Source: Octopus vulgaris (taxonomy: Eukaryota). Taken from it: 64,000 nucleotides of DNA. The position numbers and the translations under genes are program-made. The stretch spans positions 25,606,001-25,670,000 of the forward strand of contig OX597820.1 of the NCBI GenBank assembly GCA_951406725.2. Reading direction: 5' to 3'. Shown here in pieces: positions 26,604 to 39,673 of the stretch. How positions within the stretch are numbered: position 1 is the stretch's first letter; the number at the start of each line of letters is the position of its first letter. A model generated the notes under the pieces. It did no database searches, was not told the DNA's origin, and was given only the letters and a program-made list of their open reading frames with translations.

Positions 26604-28611
26604 CATACACACATATATATGTATTGGTATTGGCCACTTCCATTGTGTTTCACATTCTTACTGTTATCTATGATACCAATCCCTTAAATGATGATTCCTG
26701 CTCTGAAATGCTGTTCTTGACTCGTTAATGTTAACCTACATATTAAATGCCTTTCTTTTATTGAACCATACATATATAAATACATACATGCACACACACA
26801 CACACACACATATTTATGTATGTGTGTATATATATATTTATATATATATATATAAACATAAACATGCTCACACATACACATGGAAAATATTGTGAAAGTT
26901 TTGGGTGTAATATATCAAATACGGACTGTTAATAATGATATGATTTATTCTCTCTGATACTGTCTTTTAATTATCACACAAATTATTTTATTTTCTTCTT
27001 TTCGTTTTTTTTTTTTGCGTGGTGGGGGGGTGAGCTAGCTTTTCTGAGTAAAGATTGTTTTTTATTTTTAATTCTTCCCACTGAAAAGGTTTAATTTGCT
27101 TTGGAGTATTAGCTATATATATATATATCTTGATGTAACGAATATAGATATACATATGGACATGCATAAGTCTACATATGTTCGTGTTAAACCATGAACA
27201 AGATATTATCACAATTTGTTTTTTTTCTTTTACTTTTCAATCCTTTAATTTTCTTAAGTAAATTCCTATGTAATCAAAATTCCAAAGTACATAAATATAA
27301 AAAAAGAAAATGTGATTTAGGCTATTTTCAAAGAACTTCATACACATTTGGAGATCATTTTTGCTGTAGATATTCTGTTAGTAATGCATAGTCATGAAAT
27401 ATTTTCCAACTTGTTAACATATTGTTAATAACATTATATTACTGATTATTCATTTATTTTTTTTTTAATTTCATTAATTCTCTTCTTTTTTTTTTTATTA
27501 ATTTCTTATTTCTGCAGATGCCTCTCCTTTTCAGTCTTATTTCTATTTATTTAATTTTTACACATTGAAGAAAACACAGTTTATATATATTGAAATCTAA
27601 ATTATTTCAAAGCCTAAGATTTTTTGCTTTGGAAGGGTTTGTTTCCATTTTTATCTATTCTTTTTTTTCTGATTTTTATTTTTATTTTTAATCATAGTTT
27701 TATAGCATTCTTCCAACTGATTAATTCATATGCAATTAATGTTCTTCAATTTAATTAAAGCAATTCTCAGTAGTGGCAGAGACCCACGTTTGAATTTGAA
27801 TTTGTACGATAGCAAACAAAAAGGCAATAATTTCTGTACAAGTATATACAATAATAAATGACAATTTATTTCATTTTTTCAAACCATTGTCTTTTCTGTC
27901 TTATTTTTTGTCTTTCATACGTCTTTACTATAACATCTCTTCTCATTTATTCTGTTGTTTCATTGTTATTTTTATTATTTATATTTTCCCATCTATTTTT
28001 TTCCATGATAAGACATATTTGATGACCAGACTGCCTATGGGTTCCATCTGTCTGTCATTGCTTGGATCGGTGATTTCCTATCAGATCACAATTGTGGTGT
28101 GTGTGTGTGTGTGTGTTTTGATCGATCTCTCATACCACTCTACTCTAGTGCAGGGCAATGTTAACAACATTACGGGCCCCTGGGCAAACCATTGCACTGG
28201 GCCCTATAGCTTTCATTTTTTTTTTCACTAACTACAGCATGTGTGTGTGTGTGAAGGCACATGGCTCAGTGATTAGAGCATTGGGCTCGCAATCATAAGT
28301 TAGTAAGTTTGATTCCTGGACCGGGCTGTGTGTTGTATTCTTGAGCAAGTCACTTTGTTTCACATTACTCCAGTTCACTCAGCTGTAGAAATGAGCTGTG
28401 ACATCACTGGTGCCAAGCTGTATCAGCCCCTTTGCCTTTCCCTTGAATAACATCGGTGGCATGAAGATGAGAGGCTGGTATGCATGGGCAACAGCTGGTC
28501 TTACATAAACAACCTTGCCTGGACTTGTGCCTCAGTGGGTAACTTACTAGGTGCAATACCATGGCCATTCATGACCAAATGGGATCAATATATATATTTG
28601 TGTGTGCGTGT

Positions 28612-29859
28612 GGTCTGATCAGTAAGTATCAAGATTGTTGCCATAGTAACGAAGCTAAAGCACACAGAGTAAAGCCGCTTGACATAGGTTGACCTTGAAC
28701 TCTACTCTGCATGTGCACTAAGCTTTAACATTCTAGCTCACTTCTGCTGTTTACAGCACTGCTTGGAAGGAATGTGTGTAGTGTGTGATCATCACAGTGA
28801 CTATGACAGAAAGTTGAGCAGAGAATCTGCATCAAATTTTGACAAAAGATTGGCAATAACTGCTCAGAAGCCTACGCAAAGTTGCAAAAAGTGTATGAAG
28901 AGGAGTGTATGAGCTGAAAAAATGTCGATAGTGATGAACGTTCTGGGAGATCCACAACCAGCAGAACTGAGAAAAACATCACAGATGTGCATGCAGCTCT
29001 GAGGGGAAATCATCGAATCACCATCTATGAGTTATCAAAGGATGTGCAGATTAGTTACAGTTCAGTTCAGTCCATTACCATTGAAGATTTGGGTATGAGA
29101 TGCGTGTCTGCCAAGTTTGTGCCAAAACTGCTTTCAGCTGACTAAAAAGCCACTCAGGTTTCAGTTGCACAAGATCTCCTTGATTGTGTCGAGAACAATG
29201 AAAACTTTTTGAAAACGTTCATAACGGGTGATGAATCATGGGTCTATGGCTATGACCCCAAAACAAAGACTCAGTCGTCACCATAGAAGACCCCACAAAC
29301 TCCAACACCAAAGAAAACAAGAATGAGTCAAAGTAATGTGAAGACACTATTGACCATTTTCTTCGAGTACAAGGGGATTGTTCATCATGAGTATATTCCA
29401 CCTGGCCAGACAGTAAACAAGGAGCACTACTGTGACGTTTTGTGGTGTTTGTGGGATGCTATTTGTCAGAAAAGGCCACAATTGCATGTGTCTGGTGAGT
29501 GGCAATGCATCGTCCCATTCAGTACAGCTTGTTATTGTTTTTGGCTAGGCACAGCATTTTTCAGGTCCAACAGCCACTATATTCCCCATGTCTCACACCT
29601 AGTGACTTTTTCCTCTTTCCAAAAACCAAATTCTGCTCGAAAGGAAGATTTCAGGATGTTGAGAAAATCAAAGTGAAGGCAATGAGGCAGGTACTGATTA
29701 TCTTAGAAAATATGTTCCAGGAATGCTTCCATCAATGTAAACAGCGCTGGATTAAATGTATGGCTTCTAAAGCGGACTACTTTGAAGGAGATTAAATGCC
29801 AAATTGAAACATGTAGTTTTGTTTTTATAGCACCAGTCCGGATACTTATTGATCAGACC
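28612..29859 (+). mobile_element. Decayed near-full-length mariner transposon
   Basis: TIRs GGTCTGATCAGTAAGTATC / GATACTTATTGATCAGACC. Transposase remnants FITGDESWVYGYDP, HEYIPPGQTVNKEHYC and PLYSPCLTPSDFFLFPK, with stops and frameshifts. Confidence 0.9.
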
Positions 29860-29966
29860 CAAACATATATATAGATTCAGATGAATATGGTACTTAGGTT
29901 GAGGCACCAGAATTTAGTATGGTATTATCCATACAATTTCAAAGTAAGGTGATTAAAATTAAAATA

Positions 29967-30415
29967 AGCAACAAGGATATCCAGAGGTAATGCAGTACGA
30001 CGTTTCATGCAACTCCATTTCATTGAACAATGCAATGATTGCATCAATTTAAAATGTAGGGCAATCTTCAGCTGCACAAAGATATAGAATTAGATTAGAA
30101 CAGATGGACACATTAGTATAATTATACCTAAAATCTCCAAGAAGTTAAGGAGATAGACAAAGAACATGCCTCTACTTCAGCATAGAAGTTACTAAAATTA
30201 TCAAGAAGGCTCAGCCTGCCACTTATTTAAAAAAATTTTATTTTATTTTTATAATTATACTAATGTGTCTATCTGTTCTAATTTAATTAAATTCTATGTC
30301 TTTGTGCAGCTGAAGATTACTCTACATTTTAAATTGATGTAATCATTGCATTGTTCAATTAATTGGAGTTGCATGAAACGCTCGTACTACATTACCTCTG
30401 GATATCCTTGTTGCT
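29967..30415. repeat. ~160-bp imperfect inverted repeat
   Basis: 29967-30126 pairs with ~30250-30415. Confidence 0.9.
29990..30077 (-). ncRNA. Hammerhead-like motif in fold-back arm (mirror copy on + at 30304-30392)
   Basis: On -: GTGCAG CTGAAGA [~57 nt] GAAA CGTCG TA CTGCAT. Stem I has 6 bp; stem II is extended and irregular. Confidence 0.45.
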
Positions 30416-30899
30416 AATATATATATAGAATACAAAATGGGACAAGAACGCAAAACATCCGGACAGCTAGGTGATACAAAAAGGGACAACAAAACATCCA
30501 GAAAGACGATACAAAGAAAACAAGGACAGGTCATTCGAAGTTTTCTGTCTTCAGTGTAGCACCAGATTATCCTCGCAATTTCGGCTGATTATTCTTGAGA
30601 TTGCTTCAATCTGGCCAGCCCCAAGGAAAAACTAAGCTAAGAGCATTAGATTCCTTGGAAGAATGCAGCGAATGTATACAAAAACAAGGACAGAAAAAAT
30701 AGACAATGTTACACAAATATAAATACAATAAAAAATAATAACAGGACATAACAACAGGTGTCTTTCGACTAAGGACGAATAGAATTAAGCTGGCGTGTGG
30801 AAATGAAGCCTTACGGCAGAGATACAAATGTAATTCTATATAAATCTTTAATAATTTTTTTTTTTATACTTAAGACCATCAGAAATGTTAAGATATCAG

Positions 30900-31425
30900 C
30901 CTATATCCACGTTGTCATGCTTTGATTAAAAGGTTACAGTATAGATTAGGTTACTTAGATAAGTTTCAACTGAAGTTGACTCAGGCCATGTCTAATTTAA
31001 TAGCACCTCCTGGAAGAGATACACAGTCAGCTCTGGGGAACCGTAACCCATTCAAGCAGAGGGTTATTGTTTTCAGAGACATATCTGGGTGTGGTTGGTT
31101 TATCTGGTATTTGTTGAAGGTAATCATTTAGGGATCGTTTGAATGCTGTGAAGTCACTTTCCTCTTTTATGTGTGTCTGGCACGATGTTGAAGAGAGCAG
31201 GTCCAATTGAGGTGAAATAGTTCTGTCACAGTGTTGTGATATAGCACAAACATTTCTGTATTGGGCGGATGGCACGAGGTCCAAGCCTTGGACGAATTTT
31301 AAAGATAGGCAATGTTGATGTAATATGTTCCACATCATACAGATGATATAGAGTTCACAGCAGCAGTGGAGGGAGCAAAGCCTGAGCTTTTTGAGTTGAT
31401 CCCAATAGTCAAGGCATGTCATGTC
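30900..31425 (-). mobile_element. Degenerate CR1-like LINE 3' fragment
   Basis: Translates DYWDQLKKLRLCSL..ELYIICMMWNIL...FKRSLNDYLQQIPDKP. Confidence 0.7.
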
Positions 31426-31469
31426 ATCCTCTGCAGACCTCCACCAAGCAGATCATTTTAAGATAGATA

Positions 31470-31820
31470 CACGAGTAAAATTACTAATAGAGAAACGAAA
31501 ATAAACTTTGGAAACAGCAATGCCACCATAGGTTACGTGGAAACGTTGAACGTGATTTCAAGGGAGATAATCAAAGAACATAACATTGTAATACTTTATG
31601 TAAAGTAGATATAACAAATGAAAAATAGTTCAAGAATCCATAAAAATTCCCGGATCACTACCAAAATTTCATCATCTGTTCCTTGTGTCATTACCAACTT
31701 TTCCTGTACGTTTCATCAAATACTATTGACAACTTTTTGAGTTATTTTGCACACAGACGGGCAGACAGAAGGACAGACGGACAAACCAACGCCGATGAAT
31801 ACATAACCTTCCTTGGTGGA

Positions 31821-31825
<5 letters not shown>
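31470..31825. mobile_element. Helentron/HINE-like element
   Basis: (CAGA/CGGA) microsatellite followed by terminal palindrome ACCTTCC-TTGGT-GGAGGT next to (TA)n. Confidence 0.5.
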
Positions 31826-31859
<34 letters not shown>

Positions 31860-31868
<9 letters not shown>

Positions 31869-32358
31869 TCTAGTTGTGTGAGTGTCTGTCCCCTTCGATT
31901 TAGATTCCTAACTCCTCCCACATTTTGCGGTGCAGTTTAACCAAATTCGGGTATCTTATAGTCGTGATTCATATCGAGCCCATCTGGCTATTAGCGCGCG
32001 TCAACGATGAGTCTACGATTTTAAAAATAATTTAACATCATTTTTTATTCCATTTTAATGCATAAAATGTATCGTGTGTCGATGGCGGCGGAGTTGGCGT
32101 CCACGCTCACAGCTGCACCTGTTTGCTTCTCCCCCTTCCCTCCCTCGTGAAGCTGTGGGGAAGGGAGTGTAAAGAAATCAACGTCGTAATGCGTTGTGAA
32201 GGAAACCAGCGTTCTTTTAGAACAACGACTTCATGGCTTGAAGACACCAAAACAAAAATGGCTAAGAAAGCCCGAATTTATAAGGGAAGTAACTCTCTAA
32301 AAATGCTTATATAGTTATTTCCCTTACAAACCCGAGCAACGCTGGGCGATACTGCTAG
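31860..32358 (+). mobile_element. Non-autonomous Helitron-like element
   Basis: Starts in (TA)n and ends with hairpin CCCGAGC-AAC-GCTGGG followed by CTAG|T. GC/CpG-rich relative to flanks. Confidence 0.7.
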
Positions 32359-33299
32359 TATATATATAAAAAACGAAATTTTAGAAATTGCTCTTAAATG
32401 TGGTTTTGGTCGTTTTGACTACTTCTAGCATGTAAAACTGCCTGTTGAAGGCAGTTTCTCTTGTGTTTGAGTGTATACTATTTTATGTTGAGAATATGCA
32501 TACATATATGTATGTATATATATATATATGTTTTTAATTGGCAAAATATGACCAGCTTTAAGTATAACTCTATATATATATATATACTTACTGTTAACAA
32601 AAGTCAGGATGCGTGAGTTCAGCTATTCAATAAATGAAAAATGCATTAAATACTACAAAACGTACACGTAGGACAGACACTAACTAGAACCCTAATACTT
32701 CATCAGTTATCAACCGACAAATACTAATACCTAGTTTCATGCCTTTAATGATAAGGCAAGGAACTTCGTATACTGGTGGCACCCAATGCAGGCTGCATAT
32801 GTTTAATGACCAGTAGAACCTTCGAAGTAGTAAATTATCCAAACAAGGAGTAAACTAAGCCACTCTTCAGGCCAAGGATACCTTGATTACATGAAGTTTA
32901 TGTTGTCGTTAGGAAATCCAGTGTAAACTCATTGGCGATTCAATCGAATTTGGACAGTTTGACCAGGGCTGGTAAGTTGGAAGGCTGCACCAGACTCCAG
33001 CCTGATTTGGCATGGTTTTCTATGGCTGGATGTCCTTCATAACACCAACCACTCCAAGAGTCTAATGGGTGCATGGACAACAGACGTTAAACGATGATTT
33101 TATATATCAATATATCTATCTATGGAATTGAAATTGAAATCAAATTCAATGACTGGCATCTGTGCTAGTGGAGCGCTAAGAGCACTATCCAAGAGGTGAT
33201 CATTGCCTGAGCAGCTAACTGCTTCTAAGTTATGTATTATATGTGCAGTTTTTTTTTTTTTCCTATATAATACCAGAAATGAACTTACACACATCCAGA

Positions 33300-33440
33300 T
33301 GTAGCTAAATAATATATTGATTGCCAATCTCCAGCCTGTTGTTAATTTGGGGCCCTAGTCTAGCTATGAGGATAGCTTCCTTAATTCTTAGATTACTCAA
33401 ATTTCTGTCATTGTCCTCAATTGTGACTGTTATGCCTTTG
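33300..33440 (-). mobile_element. Penelope-like GIY-YIG C-terminal remnant
   Basis: Translates ITVTIEDNDRNLSNLRIKEAILIARLGPQINNRLE, matching the terminal EA..I....P.IN motif. Confidence 0.65.
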
Positions 33441-34362
33441 TCATGAGGAATTCCAGAAGGAGCTTCGTGAGACCACTGCAGAGGCACTTCCGAAAAAAGA
33501 TTTCAGTAACCGTTGGAAACCAATTACAGCAGTGACTCGATAAATTCCTAGTGATGTCTGAAGAAGGAATTTTTATATTCCGACATATTATTATATCAGA
33601 CTATGGATAATTAAATTATAACGGTTATTATAGTCCACACTGCATTGTTATGCCATTCAAAACACGTTATATTTCACAAACAATACACAGTGCTTCAAGC
33701 AAACTACATTACTCTCCTATATATATCTGTGTGTGTATGTGTGTGCATGTGCGCGCATATGTGTGTGTGTGTACCTCTGTGTTTGTCTTCCACTACCACT
33801 TAACAACTAGTGTTGGTTTGTTTACATCCCTATAACTTAGCAGCTTAACAGAAACGACCAACAGAGTAAGTATTGCACTTAAAAATAAGTACTGAACTCA
33901 ATCTATTTGGCAAAAACTCTTCAAGATGGTGCTCCAGCATGGCCACAGTTTAGAGACTAAAACAAGTTACAGATAAAAAAAGATACACATAGACAGACTG
34001 TCACCATCATTATATTCCTTGCTTCCCGTTAGTCTTTATAAGACAAGAGAGTGACAGATCTATTAATAAAAGCACAGCTGGTAGAACAAGTGCTAAGCAA
34101 TAATTTTTCTTTTTTACTACCAATCATTGTATCTCTTAAAATAGAACATGATCCAGCTTACCTCCCTTCTTTTCACACACACACATATGCATTCATATAA
34201 ACAAACACACACACATATGCACACTCACAAACGCCAGCTACTTTTGCACATACCACCCCAAGGCTTGAATGCCATTGAAGCTGTCTGGTAAAACACTTCA
34301 ACTGATTCAGCTTATCTCAGAATTAAGAATGTATCTTTGGAACATAATTTACTGCTGCTCTT

Positions 34363-34418
<56 letters not shown>

Positions 34419-34582
34419 AATGAGAGTTGATGTAAAGGAAATGGACAGTTTAGAGTTAATAATAATAATAATAAAATAATAATGATGATAATGGTGGTGG
34501 TGGTGGTGGTGGTGGTGGTGGTGGTGATGTTGTTGGTGGTGGTGGTGGTCATGAGAAGAACAACGACAGCAGCAGCAGTAGC

Positions 34583-34619
<37 letters not shown>

Positions 34620-35527
34620 AATAAACTGAAATAAAGAAATGTTTTAAAATGAATAAACAGTATTTTTTTTTTAAGAAAGAAACAAAGAAAGAAACAAAGA
34701 AAATAGAATGCAATAAAAAAGGGTAAAATTTTTGAATTAAAGACAAATCAATAAAGTAAATTAGTAGAAAACTAATTTCCTTTGACTTTTTTAAAGACTC
34801 CATCAATTATTTGTGGCAGCAGGAGTTTTTCTTTGCTTTCTGTATTTTTTAAAAACTCTTAGGGTTTGTATTAACCATTTTTTTTCCTCATATTTGCTGA
34901 CTTCATTTTCTTTTGTTTTTCATGAATTTAGAGTTAGTTTTGGGGGCTGAGTATTTTATAGCATTTTTTTTGTTTTGTTTTTTTTTGTTTGTTTGTGTGT
35001 GTGTTTGATTTGTGGTCTTTATTTTCACATATTCTTCCATGTGGACTTACAGTTTGCTATTTTGGTGTTAATGCCACAAATTAAATTTTGACCCTAAATA
35101 GATGACTTTTATTAGCATGTGTAGCTCACCAATGCTGTCAAACCTCTGGCCCACAGACATTGTACTCTATTCTCATTCTGTCCCATCTACTGTTATTTTG
35201 GTAACCACTGTTCCTTTACAGTTGTCCAGTCTTATTTAACCCCTGTTAACCCTTTAGCATACAGATTTCTATGTCAAATGTATTGCTTATTTATTGCCAT
35301 TGTTTTGAATTAGTCTTGTCTTTCCCTTGGATAACATCGGTGGCATGGAGAGGGGAGGCTGGTATGCATGGGCAACTGCTGGTCTTCCTTAAAAACAACC
35401 CTAGGGTTGTGTGTATGCCAGTGAGGTGACTTTCCACCCAGACTTGTATCCCAGGGGGGGAACCTCTTAGGTGCACCTATGGTCATTTGTGACTGACGGA
35501 GTCGAGTTCTACATGTAAATCTACATT

Positions 35528-35580
<53 letters not shown>

Positions 35581-35762
35581 TGTAGTAGTATGGGGGTATA
35601 TGTTGTAATAGAGCATTGCTGCATCCACCATTTATTGGTGTTTCCCTACTCCTGGCAGATGACTCAGGCAACAATCCTCCAGCCCGTGGGTCTGTTTTGG
35701 TAGTTGTTGCTGGTGAAGGTTTTACAAGCTCAGAGTGCAAATCCTATCTCAACTTTCTTTAA

Positions 35763-35984
35763 CCCTTTCAATACCAACCTGACTGAAACCGCATCTGGCT
35801 CTGTAGTATAAATGTCTTGTTTTCGTAAGTTTTGAATTAAAATCTTCCACCAAACCTTAGTTACAATTTATGTTCCTAACACTAGCTTAATGATAACCAA
35901 GTTTATTTTACTAAATTTTTTGTTATGTTCAAAGTAATTGAAAGAAACACAGATCATCTCAAAATAAATACGGTAACGAAAGGG
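35763..35984. mobile_element. piggyBac-type MITE family 1 copy
   Basis: TTAA TSDs and CCC...GGG termini; internal sequence nearly collinear with 567-789. Confidence 0.8.
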
Positions 35985-36161
35985 TTAAGGTGTCTTTTAT
36001 AATATGCAGAGGAAGCTTGAGCAAGAACACTTGCTACCTGAACCAGGAATTGAACCCACAATCTGACAACAAAGAGGTAGAACACCCAAACCACTAGGCT
36101 ACACACCTTCACCAACAACATTGACATAGAAACAAATTAATTTTATCTGTCTCTGCATAGA

Positions 36162-36777
36162 TTGAGAAAAAATTATAAGAAGTCTTAAATTGATTTTCGA
36201 ACTTTATTAGGATCTTGTCAAGGGTTTCTACATCATTTGACAAATTCCAGAGAATCAAGTTGCCATTCTGTTGATATACACATCAAATCTAGAAGCCACA
36301 GAGAAGTGGGGCAACTAATTTTCATGCTATATTAGTATTTAATAAGGTGGTGAGCTGGCAGAATTGTTAGCATGCTGGGCAAAATGCTTAATCGCATTTC
36401 ATCTGCCACTACGTTCTGAGTTCAAATTCCGCCGAGGTCAAATTTGCCTTTCATCCTTTCGGGTTCGATTAAATAAGTACCAGTTATGTACAGGGGTCGA
36501 TGTAATCAACTTAATCCCTTTGTCTGTCCTTGTTTGTCCCCTGCATGTTTAGCCCCTTGTGGGTAATAAAGAAATAAATATATTAGTATTTAATGTGTTA
36601 TTTAATATCAGAGGCCTGTCAATGAGGAACCCAGTTCACACAATATCAAGTTTTGATTTGTATATCAACAGAATGGCAACTTGATTCTCTGGAATTTGTC
36701 AGGTGATGTAGAAACCCTTGACAAGACCCTAATAAAGTTTGAAAATCAATTTAAGGCTTCTTATAATTTTTTCTCAA
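36162..36777. repeat. ~128-bp inverted repeat with a SINE in the spacer
   Basis: 36162-36290 pairs with ~36650-36777. Confidence 0.88.
36344..36578 (+). mobile_element. tRNA-derived SINE family A with 16-bp TSD
   Basis: TSD TATATTAGTATTTAAT at 36328-36343 and 36579-36594. B box GAGTTCAAATTCC; core CCTTTCATCCTTTCGGG. Other copies at ~2105-2290(-), 6328-6546, 12920-13130, 13478-13690, 37227-37445, 41990-42364(-), 43851-44320 (two), 44882-45095, 48569-48785, 56348-56575(-) and 59740-59905(-). Confidence 0.9.
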
Positions 36778-37619
36778 ATAAAAGATAAAAGCCAACAAAA
36801 TATTCTGGAAGAGATCAACCTCTCTACTTTCTTGCACACACACACAATAAATAAGATAAAAACCCTGGCAAACCAATAAATTGATGCAGTCTAACTAATA
36901 ATAAAAGTTAAAAATAAAATATATCAAATATTCATTTACTTAATTATAAAACCTACTAATGACTGCTGCAGCATTTTTTGTTTGTTTTTTGTTTTGTTTT
37001 CCATTCTCTAATGAATGATTTAGTCTAAGGGAAAGAGCTCTGTCCATAACTGTCGTGGGCCCTTTGTGATCGGTAAGATCAATGGAGTTGGTGCAAACAA
37101 ATGACTGTAGGGGGAAAAAAAAAGAACATGGATACAGAGGGATTTTCAGAAGATTGAAGTTCTGGGGAAGAAGGAATGAGCAAAGTGGTTAGTGTAAGGC
37201 TAGGCAAGAGTTGGGTAATATGGTACAAGGCAGTGAGCTGGCAGAATCGTTAGCATGCCGGGCAAAATGATTAGCGGTATTTCGTCTGCCACTGTGTTCT
37301 GAGTTCAAATTCGAGGTTAACTTTGCCTTTCATCCTTTCAGGGTCGATTTAATAAGTACCAGTTACGCACTGGGGTCAATGTAATCGACTTAGTCCCTTT
37401 GTCTGTCCTTGTTTGTCCCCTCAATGTTTAGCCCCTTGTGAGCAATTGGTTTCCAAGAGGGGGAAAGCTGAGTGAATTTAGTGAGCCTGAGCGGTAGTAG
37501 AATAAGGCAAGCCAGCTCCAAGAGACAGAGGCTACCAAAGCAGCAATATACAAGACAGTAAGAAGAGAGTTCAATGACTGTAGGCTTGACTATACTGGTG
37601 AGCAACTTCATATCAATCA

Positions 37620-38682
37620 GTTGAAACTCTGACATCTGGCAGCTGACTTGGCAGACACCCATAAAATTATTAACCATCTTACAAACAATAACTCTGAGCA
37701 CCTTTTCAAACTCCACCTGCCTAATACCTATGGACATGTTTACAAAGTCAGAAAACAGCACAGCTCCCATGACTTTCAGAAACATTTTTTCAGGCTAAGA
37801 GTTGCTGAAACATGGAACAAACTGCTGGCATCAGTTGGCCTTTATTTGGAGACTGTCTTGAAAATCTGCTTGTGTTGTAAATTGTCTCTAATCTTACTTT
37901 ATTACTTAAGTCCTTCACAACCTATGAACCATAGGCCATTGATGACTTTTTCTCTACTGTTCTCAACTATGAGTTGTCTTTCCTGCATCTCCCCAGCTGG
38001 TTCCCTACTTTTACAGCTCTGCATCAATATCCTATTTCCAGCTTATTTTCAGGGCATTCTCTCTTCTTCCTCCCTTGTCAGGGCTATGGTGCAGCCTCAC
38101 CTGGAATTTGCATCACCGGTCTGGAACCCCTATATTGCCCAGGATATTAATCGTCTGGAAACCGTTCAACGATGTGCAACCAAGAGAATACCCTCCATCA
38201 GGCATTTGCCATATTCTGAACGCCTTACTTCCCTGGGCATGGATACATCGAAACTCCGACACCTGGCAGCTGACTTGGCAGACACCTATAAAATTATTAA
38301 CCATCTTACCAACAATAACTCTGAGCACCTTTTCAAAGTCCATCTGTCAAACAATCGTGGACATGTTTACAAAGTCAGAAAACAGCACAGCTCCCATGAC
38401 TTTCGGAAACAGTTTTTCATGCTAAGAGTTGCTGAAGCATGGAACAAACTGCCGGCATCAGTTGTTAGTTGTCGGAGCACTGCATCCTTCAAAACCTCCA
38501 TGCTTCCTGAGATTTGTCAACACTACACCTGATTTTCTCCTCTCCATACACACGCAAGCATGTATCTGACTCATACACTGTTCACTTCCCAGACATTTGT
38601 ACATTACTGCATATGCTTTATACGCACTTTCTGACAAGTTGTGGTGCACCTGAGCACTGTATACAATAATTTCATTATTATT
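37620..38682 (+). mobile_element. CR1/L2-group LINE 3' end with partial upstream duplication
   Basis: Translates LVRAMVQPHLEFASPVWNPY..DINRLETVQRCATKRIP..YSERL..WNKLPASVV, with an (ATT)n tail. 37620-37835 duplicates ~38250-38465. Confidence 0.9.
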
Positions 38683-38689
38683 TAAATAA

Positions 38690-39020
38690 CAATGATTCTG
38701 TTAACTATCTTAGCTACTGCTTCAATAACACTTTCTGCTACTGTTTCACCTACAGTTATTGTTAATTAAATATCAGTCTTAGATACTGTTTATATAACAG
38801 TTATTACGACTGTTTCAATAACAGTTTTCGCTACTGTTTAAATAACAGGCTTTGTTATGATTTCAATAAGAATCATTGCTACTGTTTAAACAAGATTTTG
38901 CTGCTGTTTAAGAATTTTTGCTCCTTTTTAAATAACAAGCTTTTATTACTGTTTCAATTACAATCATTGCTGCTGTTTAAACAACAGTTTTTGATCTTAT
39001 TTCATTAACAGTTTTTCTGT
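38690..39020. repeat. Degenerate ~23-bp minisatellite
   Basis: Recurring CTACTGTTT(C/A)AATAACAG units. Confidence 0.65.
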
Positions 39021-39673
39021 TCAGCAAGCACTCAAAATATCTGATTCCTGTATAAAGGTTGGGTTGTAATAATTAGGTGTATCTTTGTATCTTTGTCTGC
39101 ATACCTGACACACTTCATCAGTGATATGTATTGATTACTTTAGGGCAATACTTGAATGCTACTTCAAGGGATTCTTCTATCATCTCCTGCATCAATTGAG
39201 GAGACCTTTGAGAGCTCTCTCACAAGGGTTGGGTTTGTTTATTTATTTATTATTTTATTGAAATATTTGCTTGTCATTTTTTTGTCTGCTCTCTTCTTAC
39301 GAAACACTCATAAGTACACATGCATCCACATGTATCTGCATACTCATCACACACTTAAACATATACACTCGCAGGTATGTGATTACACAGGAAATGTTTC
39401 CTAATTGTTTTTGTTTTTAATTATTATTTTCATTTAAAATTGCTAAGTTAAAGGTGGGGCAATGAGGTTTTAGTAGTACATAACTTTTTAATGAGCTGTT
39501 ACATTTGTGAATACATATGTGTGCATGTGTGTGTGTATGTGAAATATTGTACAAATATATAGTGTCACAACTATAACACAAAGCTTGGCGACTACAACTC
39601 TCATATTCACAAACACACACACACACATCTAATTAATTTACAAACCTAATAGAGAGAGAAAGAGACTTAAGAT

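Noticed and set aside
37648-38532. 294-aa ORF, the longest in the window
   Set aside because: It is a chance read-through of two duplicated LINE C-terminal fragments joined by unrelated sequence. It has no RT core and is not a host gene.
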